A DNA stretch of 47,957 nucleotides from Gaiellaceae bacterium (GCA_035640335.1 DASQWH010000042.1:1-47957), one strand, 5' to 3'. Counted from the stretch's first letter, positions 35,516 through 45,792 are shown. Notes: generated from the sequence alone by a model not told the origin. Numbers and translations: made by a program.

Positions 35516-36022
35516 GTGATCGAGCTCCGGCCGATGACGCCCGAGTTTCTCGAGGCGCTCCTGGAGGGAAGGCGCGACGAGGCGTCGCGCATGATCGGCG
35601 CCGAGCTGCCCGAAGGTTTTCCGCGCGACGGCGGCCTGCACTTCTTCGCCCGCCGGCTCGCGCGGATGCGCGAGGACGCGCGCTTCGAGGAGTGGTGCCC
35701 GCACGCGGTCGTGCTCGACGGCGTCATGATCGGGCACGCCGGCTACCACGGCCCGCCTGGCGTGAACGCCAAGAGCAACCCGGGAGCGGTCGAGATCGGC
35801 TACACGATCGAGGAGCCGTACCGCGGCCGCGGCCATGCGACGGCAGCGGCAGCGGAGCTCCTGCGCCGGGCCGAAGAGCGCGGCGTTCGCCACTTCGTCG
35901 CCTCGGCGGCGCCGGACAACGAGCCGTCGCTCGCGATCATCCGCCGGCTCGGCTTCACGCAGACCGGCGAGGCGATGGACGAGGAGGACGGCCTCGAGCT
36001 CGTTTTCGAGCTGAAGCGCTAG
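35516..36022 (+). CDS. GNAT family N-acetyltransferase
   Basis: GTG is 2 nt after the marR stop. IGYTIEEPYRGRGHATAAAAELLRRAEERGVRHFVASAAPDNEPSLAIIRRLGF. Confidence 0.78.
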   Translation: MIELRPMTPEFLEALLEGRRDEASRMIGAELPEGFPRDGGLHFFARRLARMREDARFEEWCPHAVVLDGVMIGHAGYHGPPGVNAKSNPGAVEIGYTIEEPYRGRGHATAAAAELLRRAEERGVRHFVASAAPDNEPSLAIIRRLGFTQTGEAMDEEDGLELVFELKR

Positions 36023-36180
36023 ATCACGAGGTAGATCGTCAGTGCGATCGCGAGCACGACGGCGACCGCGATCGCAACGACGAGCGTGACGCCCGAGAGG
36101 ACGATCGCCGGGGTCTGCGGATCGCGCCCGCGGGCGGCGCGGCGGAAGAGTCGCCTGGGCGTCTCGGTCGGCTCGGTCAT
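36019..36180 (-). CDS. Small tail-anchored membrane protein (53 aa)
   Basis: ATG at 36180. MTEPTETPRRLFRRAARGRDPQTPAIVLSGVTLVVAIAVAVVLAIALTIYLVI. Confidence 0.4.
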   Translation of the reverse strand: MTEPTETPRRLFRRAARGRDPQTPAIVLSGVTLVVAIAVAVVLAIALTIYLVI

Positions 36181-36220
36181 CGACCGAAATGTGCCCTTTT
36201 TCGCGGCGGACGAATCTCGG

Positions 36221-36427
36221 TTACGACTGGCGGCCGCCCCAGCGCCCGCTGAGCGGGATGCTCTCAACGAGGTGCCCGGCTGCGAAGACCGCGAGACCCC
36301 ATGTCAGGAAGTCCCACTGATTGTCCTCGCTGAGGGCGGCGACGATGAAGAGCACGATCGCCAGAAGCAGCAGAAGGCCCTTGAGGCCGACGTTCATCAT
36401 GGCGGGATCGTTCGACGCGGTCGCCAC
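36221..36427 (-). CDS. Small two-TM membrane protein (68 aa)
   Basis: GLKGLLLLLAIVLFIVAAL and WGLAVFAAGHLV hydrophobic segments. Confidence 0.45.
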   Translation of the reverse strand: MATASNDPAMMNVGLKGLLLLLAIVLFIVAALSEDNQWDFLTWGLAVFAAGHLVESIPLSGRWGGRQS

Positions 36428-36482
36428 GCTTCCTTCGCGTGAGACGAGGGGCGGCCCAGCGGCCGCCCCTCTCCCAGTCCTG

Positions 36483-37409
36483 CTAGCGCCGAAGGTTGCC
36501 GATCGCCTCGCTGACCTCGGTCGGGTCCGCGAAGCGCTTCTCGGGCAGGCGCTCGAGCGTCGAGCGGACGTTCCGGCTCGCGCCGCTCCGCTCCGCCTCC
36601 CGGATCAGGTCACCCCGTCTCGTGGGGTACGAGACGCCGTCGAGGAATGACTGCACCTCGACCGGGTTCGCCTTGGCACGGGTCTGCGTCCTGCGCGAGC
36701 CGCCCCGGGCGCGGCTCGAGGTCGAGCGCGAGGTGCTCCGGCTCGTCGCCGACGACGAGCGGCCGCGCCTGCGGCTGATCGCCTGCTTCAGCTGCGTCTT
36801 GTTCATCTTCGATCGGCCGGGGACGTCGAGCTTCTTCGCCTGCTCGTACAGCTCGTCGCGCGTCGGCTCGTCGCTCGTGCGCGAGCGGCTCGTGGTCCTT
36901 CCACGCGACCTGGTGCTCGAGCTCGACCGCGAGCGGCTGCTCGAGCCGGAGCGCGAACGAGCGCTCGAGCGCGACCGTGATCTCGACTGGCTGCTCGACC
37001 GCGACTGCCGTCCACCCTCCGTACGCCGGCCGGACGGCGGCGGCACGCGGGTCTCCTGCATCCTGACGGCAGCCGGCGTCGCGTAGTACGACGCGAGCTC
37101 CCGCCGGTACAGACCGGTCGCGCCGACCGTGATGTCGTACTCGGGCGCGTTCTTGATCTCCTCGCGAGTGCGGTCGATGAAGACTCGCTCCTGATTGTCG
37201 TCGACGCGATCGATCAACCCGGCCGGGATCAGCACCCGCTTGCCGAAGATCCACGGGCCGGTGTCGACGATCACCCAGTGCTCGTCGACGTCCTGCGTCG
37301 ACTGGTCGATCGACCCGATCGACCCGTCTCTGGCTTCCACTTCGTAACCCGTCAGGTCGCGACCGGCTTCCACGCCCTGCGGGTACCTCCACATCTGCGT
37401 TGATGCCAT
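36483..37409 (-). CDS. PRC-barrel domain protein with Ser/Arg-rich linkers, a Rho_N-like helix motif and a C-terminal DUF2795 domain
   Basis: ATG 37409 after GAGGAGG. PRC-barrel (LTGYEVEARDGSIGSIDQ...VLIPAGLIDRVD). SR-rich tracts. DELYEQAKKLDVPGRSKMNKTQLKQAI. DUF2795-like VQSFLDGVSYPTRRGDLIREAERSGASRNVRSTLERLPEKRFADPTEVSEAIG. Confidence 0.8.
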   Translation of the reverse strand: MASTQMWRYPQGVEAGRDLTGYEVEARDGSIGSIDQSTQDVDEHWVIVDTGPWIFGKRVLIPAGLIDRVDDNQERVFIDRTREEIKNAPEYDITVGATGLYRRELASYYATPAAVRMQETRVPPPSGRRTEGGRQSRSSSQSRSRSRSSARSRSGSSSRSRSSSSTRSRGRTTSRSRTSDEPTRDELYEQAKKLDVPGRSKMNKTQLKQAISRRRGRSSSATSRSTSRSTSSRARGGSRRTQTRAKANPVEVQSFLDGVSYPTRRGDLIREAERSGASRNVRSTLERLPEKRFADPTEVSEAIGNLRR

Positions 37410-37495
37410 GAGGCCTCCTCGTGTCGAATCCACCTCCTGGGTGCCCCCTGGAGCAAGCGCTAACCCTCCGTTCGGAAGGCCGTTACGGTACGGCC

Positions 37496-37918
37496 GTGGC
37501 GGCCCGGCCTGACCTCGTCGACAGCCTCTCGCAGCTGACGCTCTTCTCCGACATGAGCCGTCCCGAGCTGGAGTCGCTCGCGCACACCGTCGACGAGGAG
37601 GTGTTCGGCGAGGGCCAGCGCGTGCTGCGCCAGGGTCTCACCGGCAGCGCGTTCTACGTCATCCTCGAAGGCACGGCCGCGATCCGCATCGACGGCGAGG
37701 AGCCGTGGACACTCGGGCCGGGCGATTTCTTCGGCGAGGTGTCGGCGCTCGGCGGAGAGCCGCCGACCGCGGACGTCGTCGCGAAGACGATGCTCCGTTG
37801 CGTCGTCGTTCCGGGCCCGGAGCTGGAGGAGTTCCTGCTCGAGCGGCCGCAGCTCCTTCTGCGCATGCTCCGGGCCGAGACGAACAGGCTGCGGGCGGCG
37901 CTCGAGTGGCGAGCGTAG
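37496..37918 (+). CDS. Stand-alone cyclic nucleotide-binding domain protein
   Basis: LFSDMSRPELESLAHTVDEEVFGEGQRVLRQGLTGSAFYVILEGTAAIRIDG...GDFFGEVSAL is a cNMP-binding beta-barrel with no HTH. The start is uncertain (GTG 37496 chosen; the ORF opens at 37421). Confidence 0.75.
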   Translation: MAARPDLVDSLSQLTLFSDMSRPELESLAHTVDEEVFGEGQRVLRQGLTGSAFYVILEGTAAIRIDGEEPWTLGPGDFFGEVSALGGEPPTADVVAKTMLRCVVVPGPELEEFLLERPQLLLRMLRAETNRLRAALEWRA

Positions 37919-39393
37919 AGCAACCCTTTCCGCCGGGCGACTACGGCGTGGTCGTCGTCGGCAGCGGGCCCGGCGGGCTGCAGACGAGCTATTCGCTGCG
38001 GCGGCTCGGGGTCGAGCATGCGGTGCTCTCCGCGGACGAAGAGCCGGGCGGCATGTTTCGCCGCTTCCCGACCTTCGAGCGGCTGATCAGCTGGACGAAG
38101 CCCGACGCCCCCTTCCCGCGCGAATCCCGCGAGTACGAGTGGTACGACCACAACAGCCTCGTTGCCGACGAGCCGGAGCACCGAGCGCTCGTCCCCAGCC
38201 TCATGGATCGCACGTTCGACGTCCCTTCACGCCAGGAGATGGAAGAGGCCCTCGTCGGCTTCGCCGAGCGGACGGGGATCACCGTGCGGCACGGCTGCCG
38301 TTGGGAAGGGACGCGCCGCGAGGACAACGGGCTGGCGCTGGAGACGTCGGACGGCGAGTACCGGTGCCGCGCCGCTGTGTTCGCCCTGGGCGTGACCGAG
38401 CCGTGGAAGGCCGACATTCCCGGAGTCGAGCACGCACCGCACTACGCCGAGACGCGGCGCCCGGAGGAATACCGCGGCAAGAGCGTCTTCATCGTCGGCA
38501 AGCGGAACTCCGGCTTCGAGGTCGCCTACGGGCTGCTGCCGTGGGCGAGCCGGATCGTGATGGCCTCGCCGCGGCCCGCGGACATCCGCGTGCTCGGGCG
38601 CTCGCCGCTACGCGTCCGCTACCTACAGCCGCTCGACGAATACTCGCGCGGCGGGTCCGGCGCGTACGTCATCGACGCGTCGATCGAGCGCATCGAGCGG
38701 CGCGGCGACGGCTATCGCGTGCACACGCACGGGACGACCTGGAAGGGCGAGCTTGTCTTCGACGTCGACGAGGTCGTGATCGCGACGGGGTTCCGGACGC
38801 CGCTGCGCGATCTGCCGGCGCTCGGCCTGGCGACGGTCTCGGACGGGCGCATCCCGGCGCAGACGCCGTTCTTCGAGAGCGTCTCGGTGCCGGGGGTCTA
38901 CTTCGCCGGCAATGCGACCCAGGGCTCGCCCGGGCTGCGCAAGCAGGGGCTCGCGAGCAACTCGACCTCTGTGAACGGCTTCCGCTACAACGCGCGCGTA
39001 CTCGTACGGCATGTCGCCGAGACGCGGTTCGGCGTGCAGGTCGAGCGGCCGGTCGTGGCACGGGAACAGGTGCTGGGCTACCTGCTGTCGGAGCTGGCTC
39101 ACGCGCCGGAGCTGTGGATCCAGAAGGGGTACCTGACGCGGGTGCTGTCCTTCGAAGGCGAAATTCGCGACGAGGGGATCGTCCCGCTCGAGCACTTCGT
39201 GGACCAGGCAGGCCCGGACGCGGTCGCCGCTGCCGTCGAGATGGACTCGCAGGCGACGATCTACCCGTCCGTCTACGTGCGCGCGGGGGGCAAGCTCGCC
39301 GAGCACCACCTCGAGCCGCACCCGGCCCACGCCTTCGACGGCGAGGCCCACGCGCGGGAGCTCGCCGCGCGGCTGGAATCGCTCCTCGGCTGA
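37906..39393 (+). CDS. FAD/NAD(P)-binding oxidoreductase (flavin monooxygenase / pyridine-nucleotide-disulfide oxidoreductase-like)
   Basis: DYGVVVVGSGPGGL dinucleotide motif, second GKSVFIVGKRNSGFEVA motif, ATGF. GTG 37906 overlaps the cNMP gene by 13 nt. Confidence 0.78.
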   Translation: MASVEQPFPPGDYGVVVVGSGPGGLQTSYSLRRLGVEHAVLSADEEPGGMFRRFPTFERLISWTKPDAPFPRESREYEWYDHNSLVADEPEHRALVPSLMDRTFDVPSRQEMEEALVGFAERTGITVRHGCRWEGTRREDNGLALETSDGEYRCRAAVFALGVTEPWKADIPGVEHAPHYAETRRPEEYRGKSVFIVGKRNSGFEVAYGLLPWASRIVMASPRPADIRVLGRSPLRVRYLQPLDEYSRGGSGAYVIDASIERIERRGDGYRVHTHGTTWKGELVFDVDEVVIATGFRTPLRDLPALGLATVSDGRIPAQTPFFESVSVPGVYFAGNATQGSPGLRKQGLASNSTSVNGFRYNARVLVRHVAETRFGVQVERPVVAREQVLGYLLSELAHAPELWIQKGYLTRVLSFEGEIRDEGIVPLEHFVDQAGPDAVAAAVEMDSQATIYPSVYVRAGGKLAEHHLEPHPAHAFDGEAHARELAARLESLLG

Positions 39394-39394
39394 A

Positions 39395-40348
39395 TCAGAG
39401 ATCGACCGGGGCGTGGCGGGCGGCCGACTCGTACAGCGCCTCGATCGTGCGTGCCTGGCCGAGGGCGTCCTCGCGGCCGAGGAGGAGCGGCGCTTCGCCA
39501 CGGATCGCGGCGGAGACGTTTTCCAGCTCGAGCCGGTACGAGTCCTCAGGCTGGACGTCGAGCGGCTCGCCGTTGAGATGGATCACGCTCTCGGTGGCAT
39601 TCCACGCGTCGGTAAGACGCAGGGTGCCCGCGCTGCCGACCGCCTCCAGGTCGCGGTGATGCGTCGTGGCGAACGACGACATGAACTCCGCGACGACGTC
39701 TCCCGCGAAGCGGAGTGTGCCCGCGAAGTGCACGTCGACGCCGGTCGGCCCGAGCACCTGCTCGCCGTAGACGCGCTCCGGCTCGCCGGCCAGCAGCCGG
39801 GCGCCGCTCACGCAGTAGCACCCCACGTCCATGAGCGCGCCTCCGTCCAGGTCGGCGAGCAGCCGCACATTCGTCTCGTCGGCGAGCGGGAACGCGAACG
39901 AGGCGCGGATCGCGCGCAGCTCGCCGATCTCGGGAAGGAGCTCGACCAGCCGGCGCGCCAGCGGGTTGTGGCGCCACATGAAGGCCTCGGAGAGGACGAG
40001 ACCCGCATGCTCAGCCGCGTCGAACGCCTCTTCGACCTCCGCCGCGCGCCGCGTGTACGGCTTCTCGCAGAGCACGTGCTTGCCGTGGTTCAGCGCGCGC
40101 ATCGTCCACTCGTGGTGCATCGAGTTCGGCAGCGGGATGTAGATCGCGTCGACGCCGTCGGCCGCGAGCAGGGCCTCGTAGGACCCGTGCGCCCGCGGAA
40201 TGCCGTGCTCGCGCGCGTACGCCTCTGCGCGCGCCGCATCCCGGCTCGCGACCGCGGCGATCTCGACGCCGTCCGCCTCGCGCGCCCCCGCCAGGACGAG
40301 CCGGTTGATCCGCGCCGTCGAGAGGATGCCCCAGCGGGTCGCCGCCAT
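39395..40348 (-). CDS. Gfo/Idh/MocA family oxidoreductase
   Basis: MAATRWGILSTARINRLVL...AVASRDAARAEAYA...DAIYIPLPNSMHHEW...GKHVLCEKP. Confidence 0.85.
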   Translation of the reverse strand: MAATRWGILSTARINRLVLAGAREADGVEIAAVASRDAARAEAYAREHGIPRAHGSYEALLAADGVDAIYIPLPNSMHHEWTMRALNHGKHVLCEKPYTRRAAEVEEAFDAAEHAGLVLSEAFMWRHNPLARRLVELLPEIGELRAIRASFAFPLADETNVRLLADLDGGALMDVGCYCVSGARLLAGEPERVYGEQVLGPTGVDVHFAGTLRFAGDVVAEFMSSFATTHHRDLEAVGSAGTLRLTDAWNATESVIHLNGEPLDVQPEDSYRLELENVSAAIRGEAPLLLGREDALGQARTIEALYESAARHAPVDL

Positions 40349-40370
40349 CGGGCGAGGATACGCTCGGCGC

Positions 40371-41366
40371 GTGGCAACCCGCGGACGCAGTTTCTGGGCG
40401 CCGGGCCGGGTGAATCTGATCGGCGAGTACACCGACCTGGCGGGCGGGCTCGTGCTCCCGGCGGCGCTCGACCTCGGCGTGCGGATCGACGCGCTGCCGG
40501 CGGAGACGATCAACCTGCGTTCCGAGGGCTACGACCACGCGGCCCGAGCGGCGGCCGACGGTCACGCGGGACAGGGAGCCGGCTGGGGGCGCTACGTCTC
40601 AGCGGTCGCGGTCGAGCTCGACCTGCTCGGCCGGCCGCCCGTCGGCATCGAGGGCACCGTCAGCTCGACGCTACCCGTCGGGGCGGGCCTCTCGTCGTCG
40701 GCAGCCCTCGAGGTCGCCGTCGCGGTCGCGCTCTGCGCCGTGGCCGACTTCGAGGTTGATCCGCTCGCCCTCGCGCAGGTTGCACAGCGCTCCGAGCTGC
40801 GGGCGGTGGGCGTGCCGTGCGGGATCATGGACCAGGCGGCGTCGATGCTCGGCAAGGCCGGCCACGCGCTTCTGCTCGACACGGGCTCCCTCGAGCACGA
40901 GCTCGTCGAGCTGCCCGCAGAGCTCGCGCTCGTCATCGTCGACTCCGGCATCCAGCGCAGCCTCGAGAGCTCGCAGTACGCCGAGCGCCGAAGGGAGATC
41001 GAACGAGGCTCAGACCCCCGCCGGCGCCGGCACATCGAGACCGAGAACGAGCGCGTCCGCGACGTCGTGGCCGCGCTCCGCACGCAGCGGCTCGATGACC
41101 TCGGAGGCCTCTTCCGCGACGGCCACGAGAGCCTGCGGCGCGATCTCGAGGTCACGATCCCCGAGCTCGACCGCCTCGTCGAGCTCGCCTACGAGCACGG
41201 AGCGATCGCTGCGCGCATGACGGGAGGCGGCTTCGGCGGCTCGATCGTGGCGCTAGCCGACACGCGCGACGCCGCGCAGCTCGGCGAGTCGGTCGTGCGC
41301 GCGTACGCCGGGCACGGCACGGCCTACGTCTGCGCCGCGGCCGACGGCGCCGGAGAAGTCGGCTAG
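40371..41366 (+). CDS. galK: Galactokinase (GHMP kinase)
   Basis: APGRVNLIGEYTDLAGGLVLPAAL signature, GHMP motif PVGAGLSSSAALEVA, and MTGGGFGGSIVAL. The start is uncertain (GTG 40371; an ATG at 40326 would overlap the divergent gene). Confidence 0.82.
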   Translation: MATRGRSFWAPGRVNLIGEYTDLAGGLVLPAALDLGVRIDALPAETINLRSEGYDHAARAAADGHAGQGAGWGRYVSAVAVELDLLGRPPVGIEGTVSSTLPVGAGLSSSAALEVAVAVALCAVADFEVDPLALAQVAQRSELRAVGVPCGIMDQAASMLGKAGHALLLDTGSLEHELVELPAELALVIVDSGIQRSLESSQYAERRREIERGSDPRRRRHIETENERVRDVVAALRTQRLDDLGGLFRDGHESLRRDLEVTIPELDRLVELAYEHGAIAARMTGGGFGGSIVALADTRDAAQLGESVVRAYAGHGTAYVCAAADGAGEVG

Positions 41367-41440
41367 CGGCTTGACCCGTGCGAGTGGCGCCGATATGACT
41401 GCGCCGAAGCCATTCAAATCTCAAGGTGAGGGAGGGCAAG

Positions 41441-42766
41441 ATGCCCGGTATTCGGATCGGCCGTCGGCGCGAGCTGCGCGTGACGGCTCCGAGACTGATG
41501 CTCCTCGCCGCGATCGCGCTCCTATTCGTCCCGGCGGCCGGCACTGCGGGCCCGTCGGCGAAGAGCGGCTCGCAGGCGACGTGTCGGCTCTCGGTCTTCT
41601 CATGGTGGACCGGCGGCGGTGAGGCGGCCGGGCTTGCCAAGCTGATCAAGACCTGGAACAGGAACAACCCGAGCTGCAGGTTCAAGAACGAGACCGTCGC
41701 CGGAGGCGCCGGCTCGAAGGCGAAGGCCGTGCTGGCCCAGCGGCTCGCCGCGCATAAGCCGCCCGACTCCTTCCAGGGGCACGCGGGCGCAGAGCTTCGG
41801 GACTACATCACGGCGAAGCAGATCGTGCCCATCGACTTCATCTACCGGCAGTACGGCTTCCGGAAGGCGATGTCGAAGCAGCTGATCAGCCAGATCACGT
41901 ACAAGGGCCACATCTACTCGGTGCCGGTGAACATCCACCGGGCGAACATCCTCTGGTACAACCCGAAAGTCCTGCGCAGGGCCGGCGTCACCTCGGCGCC
42001 GAAGACCTGGTCACAGTTCATCGCGGCGCTCGACAAGGCGAAGGACGCCAACGTCATCCCGCTCGCGCTGGCCGAGCAGTGGACTGCCGTGCACCTGCTC
42101 GAGACGGTCATGATCGCGACGATCGGGCCGGCTCGCTGGGCCGGGCTCTGGAAGAAGGGCGCCGACTGGAGCAACCCGGGCGTGACGCTCGCTCTCAACC
42201 GCTACAAGACGCTGCTCGGCTACACGAATTCCGACGCGGCGTCGCTCACGTGGCAGGACGCGGGCAAGCTCGTCGTCGATGGCAAGGCGGCGTTCAACAT
42301 CATGGGTGACTGGCAGGACGGCTACTTCAGCGGCACGAAGGCTGGCGGCAACCTCGCGCTGAAGCCGAAGGTCGACTACAACTGGGCTCCCGTGCCCGGC
42401 ACGGTCGGCGTCTACGACTGGCTGTCCGACAGCTTCACGCTCCCGAAGGGCGCGCCGCACCGCACGGCTGCGATCAAGTGGCTTGGCTTCCTCGGCAGCA
42501 AGAAGGCTCAGGACCAGTTCAACCCGGTCAAGGGCTCGATCCCGGCCAGGACGGACGCCAACCCAAGGCTCTACGGCCCGTACCTGAAGTGGGCCCTGAC
42601 GCAGTGGAAGACGAACAAGCTCGCCGGGTCGTTGGCCCACGGCGTCGTCGCACCGGGTGCCTGGTACAAGGACATCGACACCGCGCTCGGCCTGTTCCTG
42701 CAGAACAAGAACGTCGACCGGTTCCAGGATGCCCTCGTCACGGCCGCGAAGAGGAGGGCCACGTAG
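41441..42766 (+). CDS. Sugar ABC transporter substrate-binding protein (family 1)
   Basis: ATG after gagggaggg. Signal peptide RLMLLAAIALLFVPAAGTAG. Typical SBP_bac_1 length and composition. First gene of an ABC importer operon. Confidence 0.8.
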   Translation: MPGIRIGRRRELRVTAPRLMLLAAIALLFVPAAGTAGPSAKSGSQATCRLSVFSWWTGGGEAAGLAKLIKTWNRNNPSCRFKNETVAGGAGSKAKAVLAQRLAAHKPPDSFQGHAGAELRDYITAKQIVPIDFIYRQYGFRKAMSKQLISQITYKGHIYSVPVNIHRANILWYNPKVLRRAGVTSAPKTWSQFIAALDKAKDANVIPLALAEQWTAVHLLETVMIATIGPARWAGLWKKGADWSNPGVTLALNRYKTLLGYTNSDAASLTWQDAGKLVVDGKAAFNIMGDWQDGYFSGTKAGGNLALKPKVDYNWAPVPGTVGVYDWLSDSFTLPKGAPHRTAAIKWLGFLGSKKAQDQFNPVKGSIPARTDANPRLYGPYLKWALTQWKTNKLAGSLAHGVVAPGAWYKDIDTALGLFLQNKNVDRFQDALVTAAKRRAT

Positions 42767-42814
42767 CGGTCGCAGCGGTGAAATAGTCGTCCCTGCAGTG
42801 CGGGGAGGCGAGAG

Positions 42815-43702
42815 TTGAGAAACGTTCGACGGTGGGGACCAGGGTTGCTCCTGGTCTCCCCGTCGATCGTGCTGATCGCGATTTTCGTGTACGGCCTGAT
42901 CGGCTGGAACGTCAAGGTCTCGCTCAGCGACTGGCGCCAGGCCGAGCAGACGTCGGGCTGGGCCGGTCTCAACGCGTACCGGGACCTGAACACCGACCCG
43001 GCCTGGGACGAGAGCGTCCACCACCTGCTCGTCTTCACCGGGACGTTCATCGTCGGCACGCTCTTCTTCGGGCTCCTGCTCGCCTTCCTCTTGGAGAAGG
43101 GCGTTCGCGGCGAGGGCTTCTTCCGCTCCGTGTACATCTTTCCGCTGGCGATCTCGTTCATCGCCGCGGGAGTCGTCTGGCGCTGGCTGATGAACCCGGC
43201 GCCCGGCGACCGCGCGAGCGGCCTCAACGTCGCCTTCGACAAGCTCGGCGCCGACTTTCTGAGAAACGACTGGTATCTCGGCCTGGACTGGGGGATGGCC
43301 GCAATCGCCATGCCCGCGATCTGGGCGCTCTCCGGCTACATCATGGCTCTCTACCTCGCCGGCTTCCGCGGCGTGCCCGAGGAGCTTCGCGAGGCGGCGC
43401 GGATGGACGGCGCGTCGGAGTGGCGCGTGTACCGGCACGTCGTCTTCCCCTACCTGCGCCCGGTGACGCTCTCGGCGCTGATCATCCTCGGCCACATCTC
43501 GATCAAGGTCTTCGACCTGATCGTCGCCATCGGCGGCAAGCAGTTGATCACGCAGACGCCCGCCGTCTACATGTGGATCCTGATCTACGACGCGCGCGAC
43601 TACGCCGAGGGCGCCGCGATCGCGACTCTCCTCCTGATCGGGATCTCGATTCTCGTCATCCCGTACCTCGTCTACTCCGTCCGCTCGGAGCAAAGAGCAT
43701 GA
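42815..43702 (+). CDS. Sugar ABC transporter permease (MalF/UgpA-like)
   Basis: TTG start after ggggagg. EAA loop LRGVPEELREAARMDGASEWRVYRHVVFPYLRP. Confidence 0.85.
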   Translation: MRNVRRWGPGLLLVSPSIVLIAIFVYGLIGWNVKVSLSDWRQAEQTSGWAGLNAYRDLNTDPAWDESVHHLLVFTGTFIVGTLFFGLLLAFLLEKGVRGEGFFRSVYIFPLAISFIAAGVVWRWLMNPAPGDRASGLNVAFDKLGADFLRNDWYLGLDWGMAAIAMPAIWALSGYIMALYLAGFRGVPEELREAARMDGASEWRVYRHVVFPYLRPVTLSALIILGHISIKVFDLIVAIGGKQLITQTPAVYMWILIYDARDYAEGAAIATLLLIGISILVIPYLVYSVRSEQRA

Positions 43703-44583
43703 GCACCGCGACCACTCCGGCCCCGCCGATCCCGGCTCGGCTACGTCTGCGCCGGCGGCGCGTGAGCCGGACGTCGGCCTACGCCGTCAAGGTCGGGCTG
43801 ATCGTGTTCTTCGCCGTCCTCGTCCTGACGCCGCTCTACGTCGCCATCGTGACGAGCTTCAAGGAGGCTGCGGAGACCGATCCCGCGCACGCGTGGTCGC
43901 TGCCCAGCGTGTGGACGCTCGACGCTTGGCGTGAGGCCTGGAGCACGTTGAAGCCGAACATGACGAACACGTTCAAGCTCGTCATCCCGGCCACGGTGAT
44001 CTCGACCGTCCTCGGCTCACTGAACGGATTCGTGCTCTCGAAGTGGCGCTTCCCCGGCGCGGACATCGTCTTCACGCTGATGCTCTTCGGCCTCTTCATC
44101 CCTTACCAGGCGGTGATGATCCCACTGACGACGTTGCTTTCGGACATCCACTTCCCCGACCAGATCCCGAGCCTCGCCTTCGCGCACATCGTGTACGGCA
44201 TCCCGATCACGACCCTCATCTTCCGCAGCTACTACGCGACGATCCCGGAGGAGCTGATGGAAGCGGCCCGGATGGACCGGGCCGGGATGCTCCGCACGTA
44301 CTGGTCCGTGATCCTCCCGCTCTCGGCGCCCGCGTTCGTCGTCACCGCGATCTGGCAGTTCACCTCGATCTGGAACGACTTCCTCTTCGCCGTCTTCATC
44401 ATCACCGACCCGGACAAATGGCCCGTGACCGTCGCCGTGAACAACGCCGCCGGGTCGATGGTGGCGAACTACAACCTGCAGATGTCGGCTGCGCTACTCG
44501 CTTCGCTGCCGACGCTCGTCGTCTACATCGTCCTCGGGCGCTACTTCGTCCGCGGGCTTCTCGCCGGGGCGCTGAAGGGTTAG
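43699..44583 (+). CDS. Sugar ABC transporter permease (MalG/UgpE-like)
   Basis: The ATG overlaps the upstream stop (ATGA). EAA loop YATIPEELMEAARMDRAGMLRTYWSVILPLSAP. Confidence 0.85.
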   Translation: MSTATTPAPPIPARLRLRRRRVSRTSAYAVKVGLIVFFAVLVLTPLYVAIVTSFKEAAETDPAHAWSLPSVWTLDAWREAWSTLKPNMTNTFKLVIPATVISTVLGSLNGFVLSKWRFPGADIVFTLMLFGLFIPYQAVMIPLTTLLSDIHFPDQIPSLAFAHIVYGIPITTLIFRSYYATIPEELMEAARMDRAGMLRTYWSVILPLSAPAFVVTAIWQFTSIWNDFLFAVFIITDPDKWPVTVAVNNAAGSMVANYNLQMSAALLASLPTLVVYIVLGRYFVRGLLAGALKG

Positions 44584-44587
44584 CTGA

Positions 44588-45792
<1,205 letters not shown>

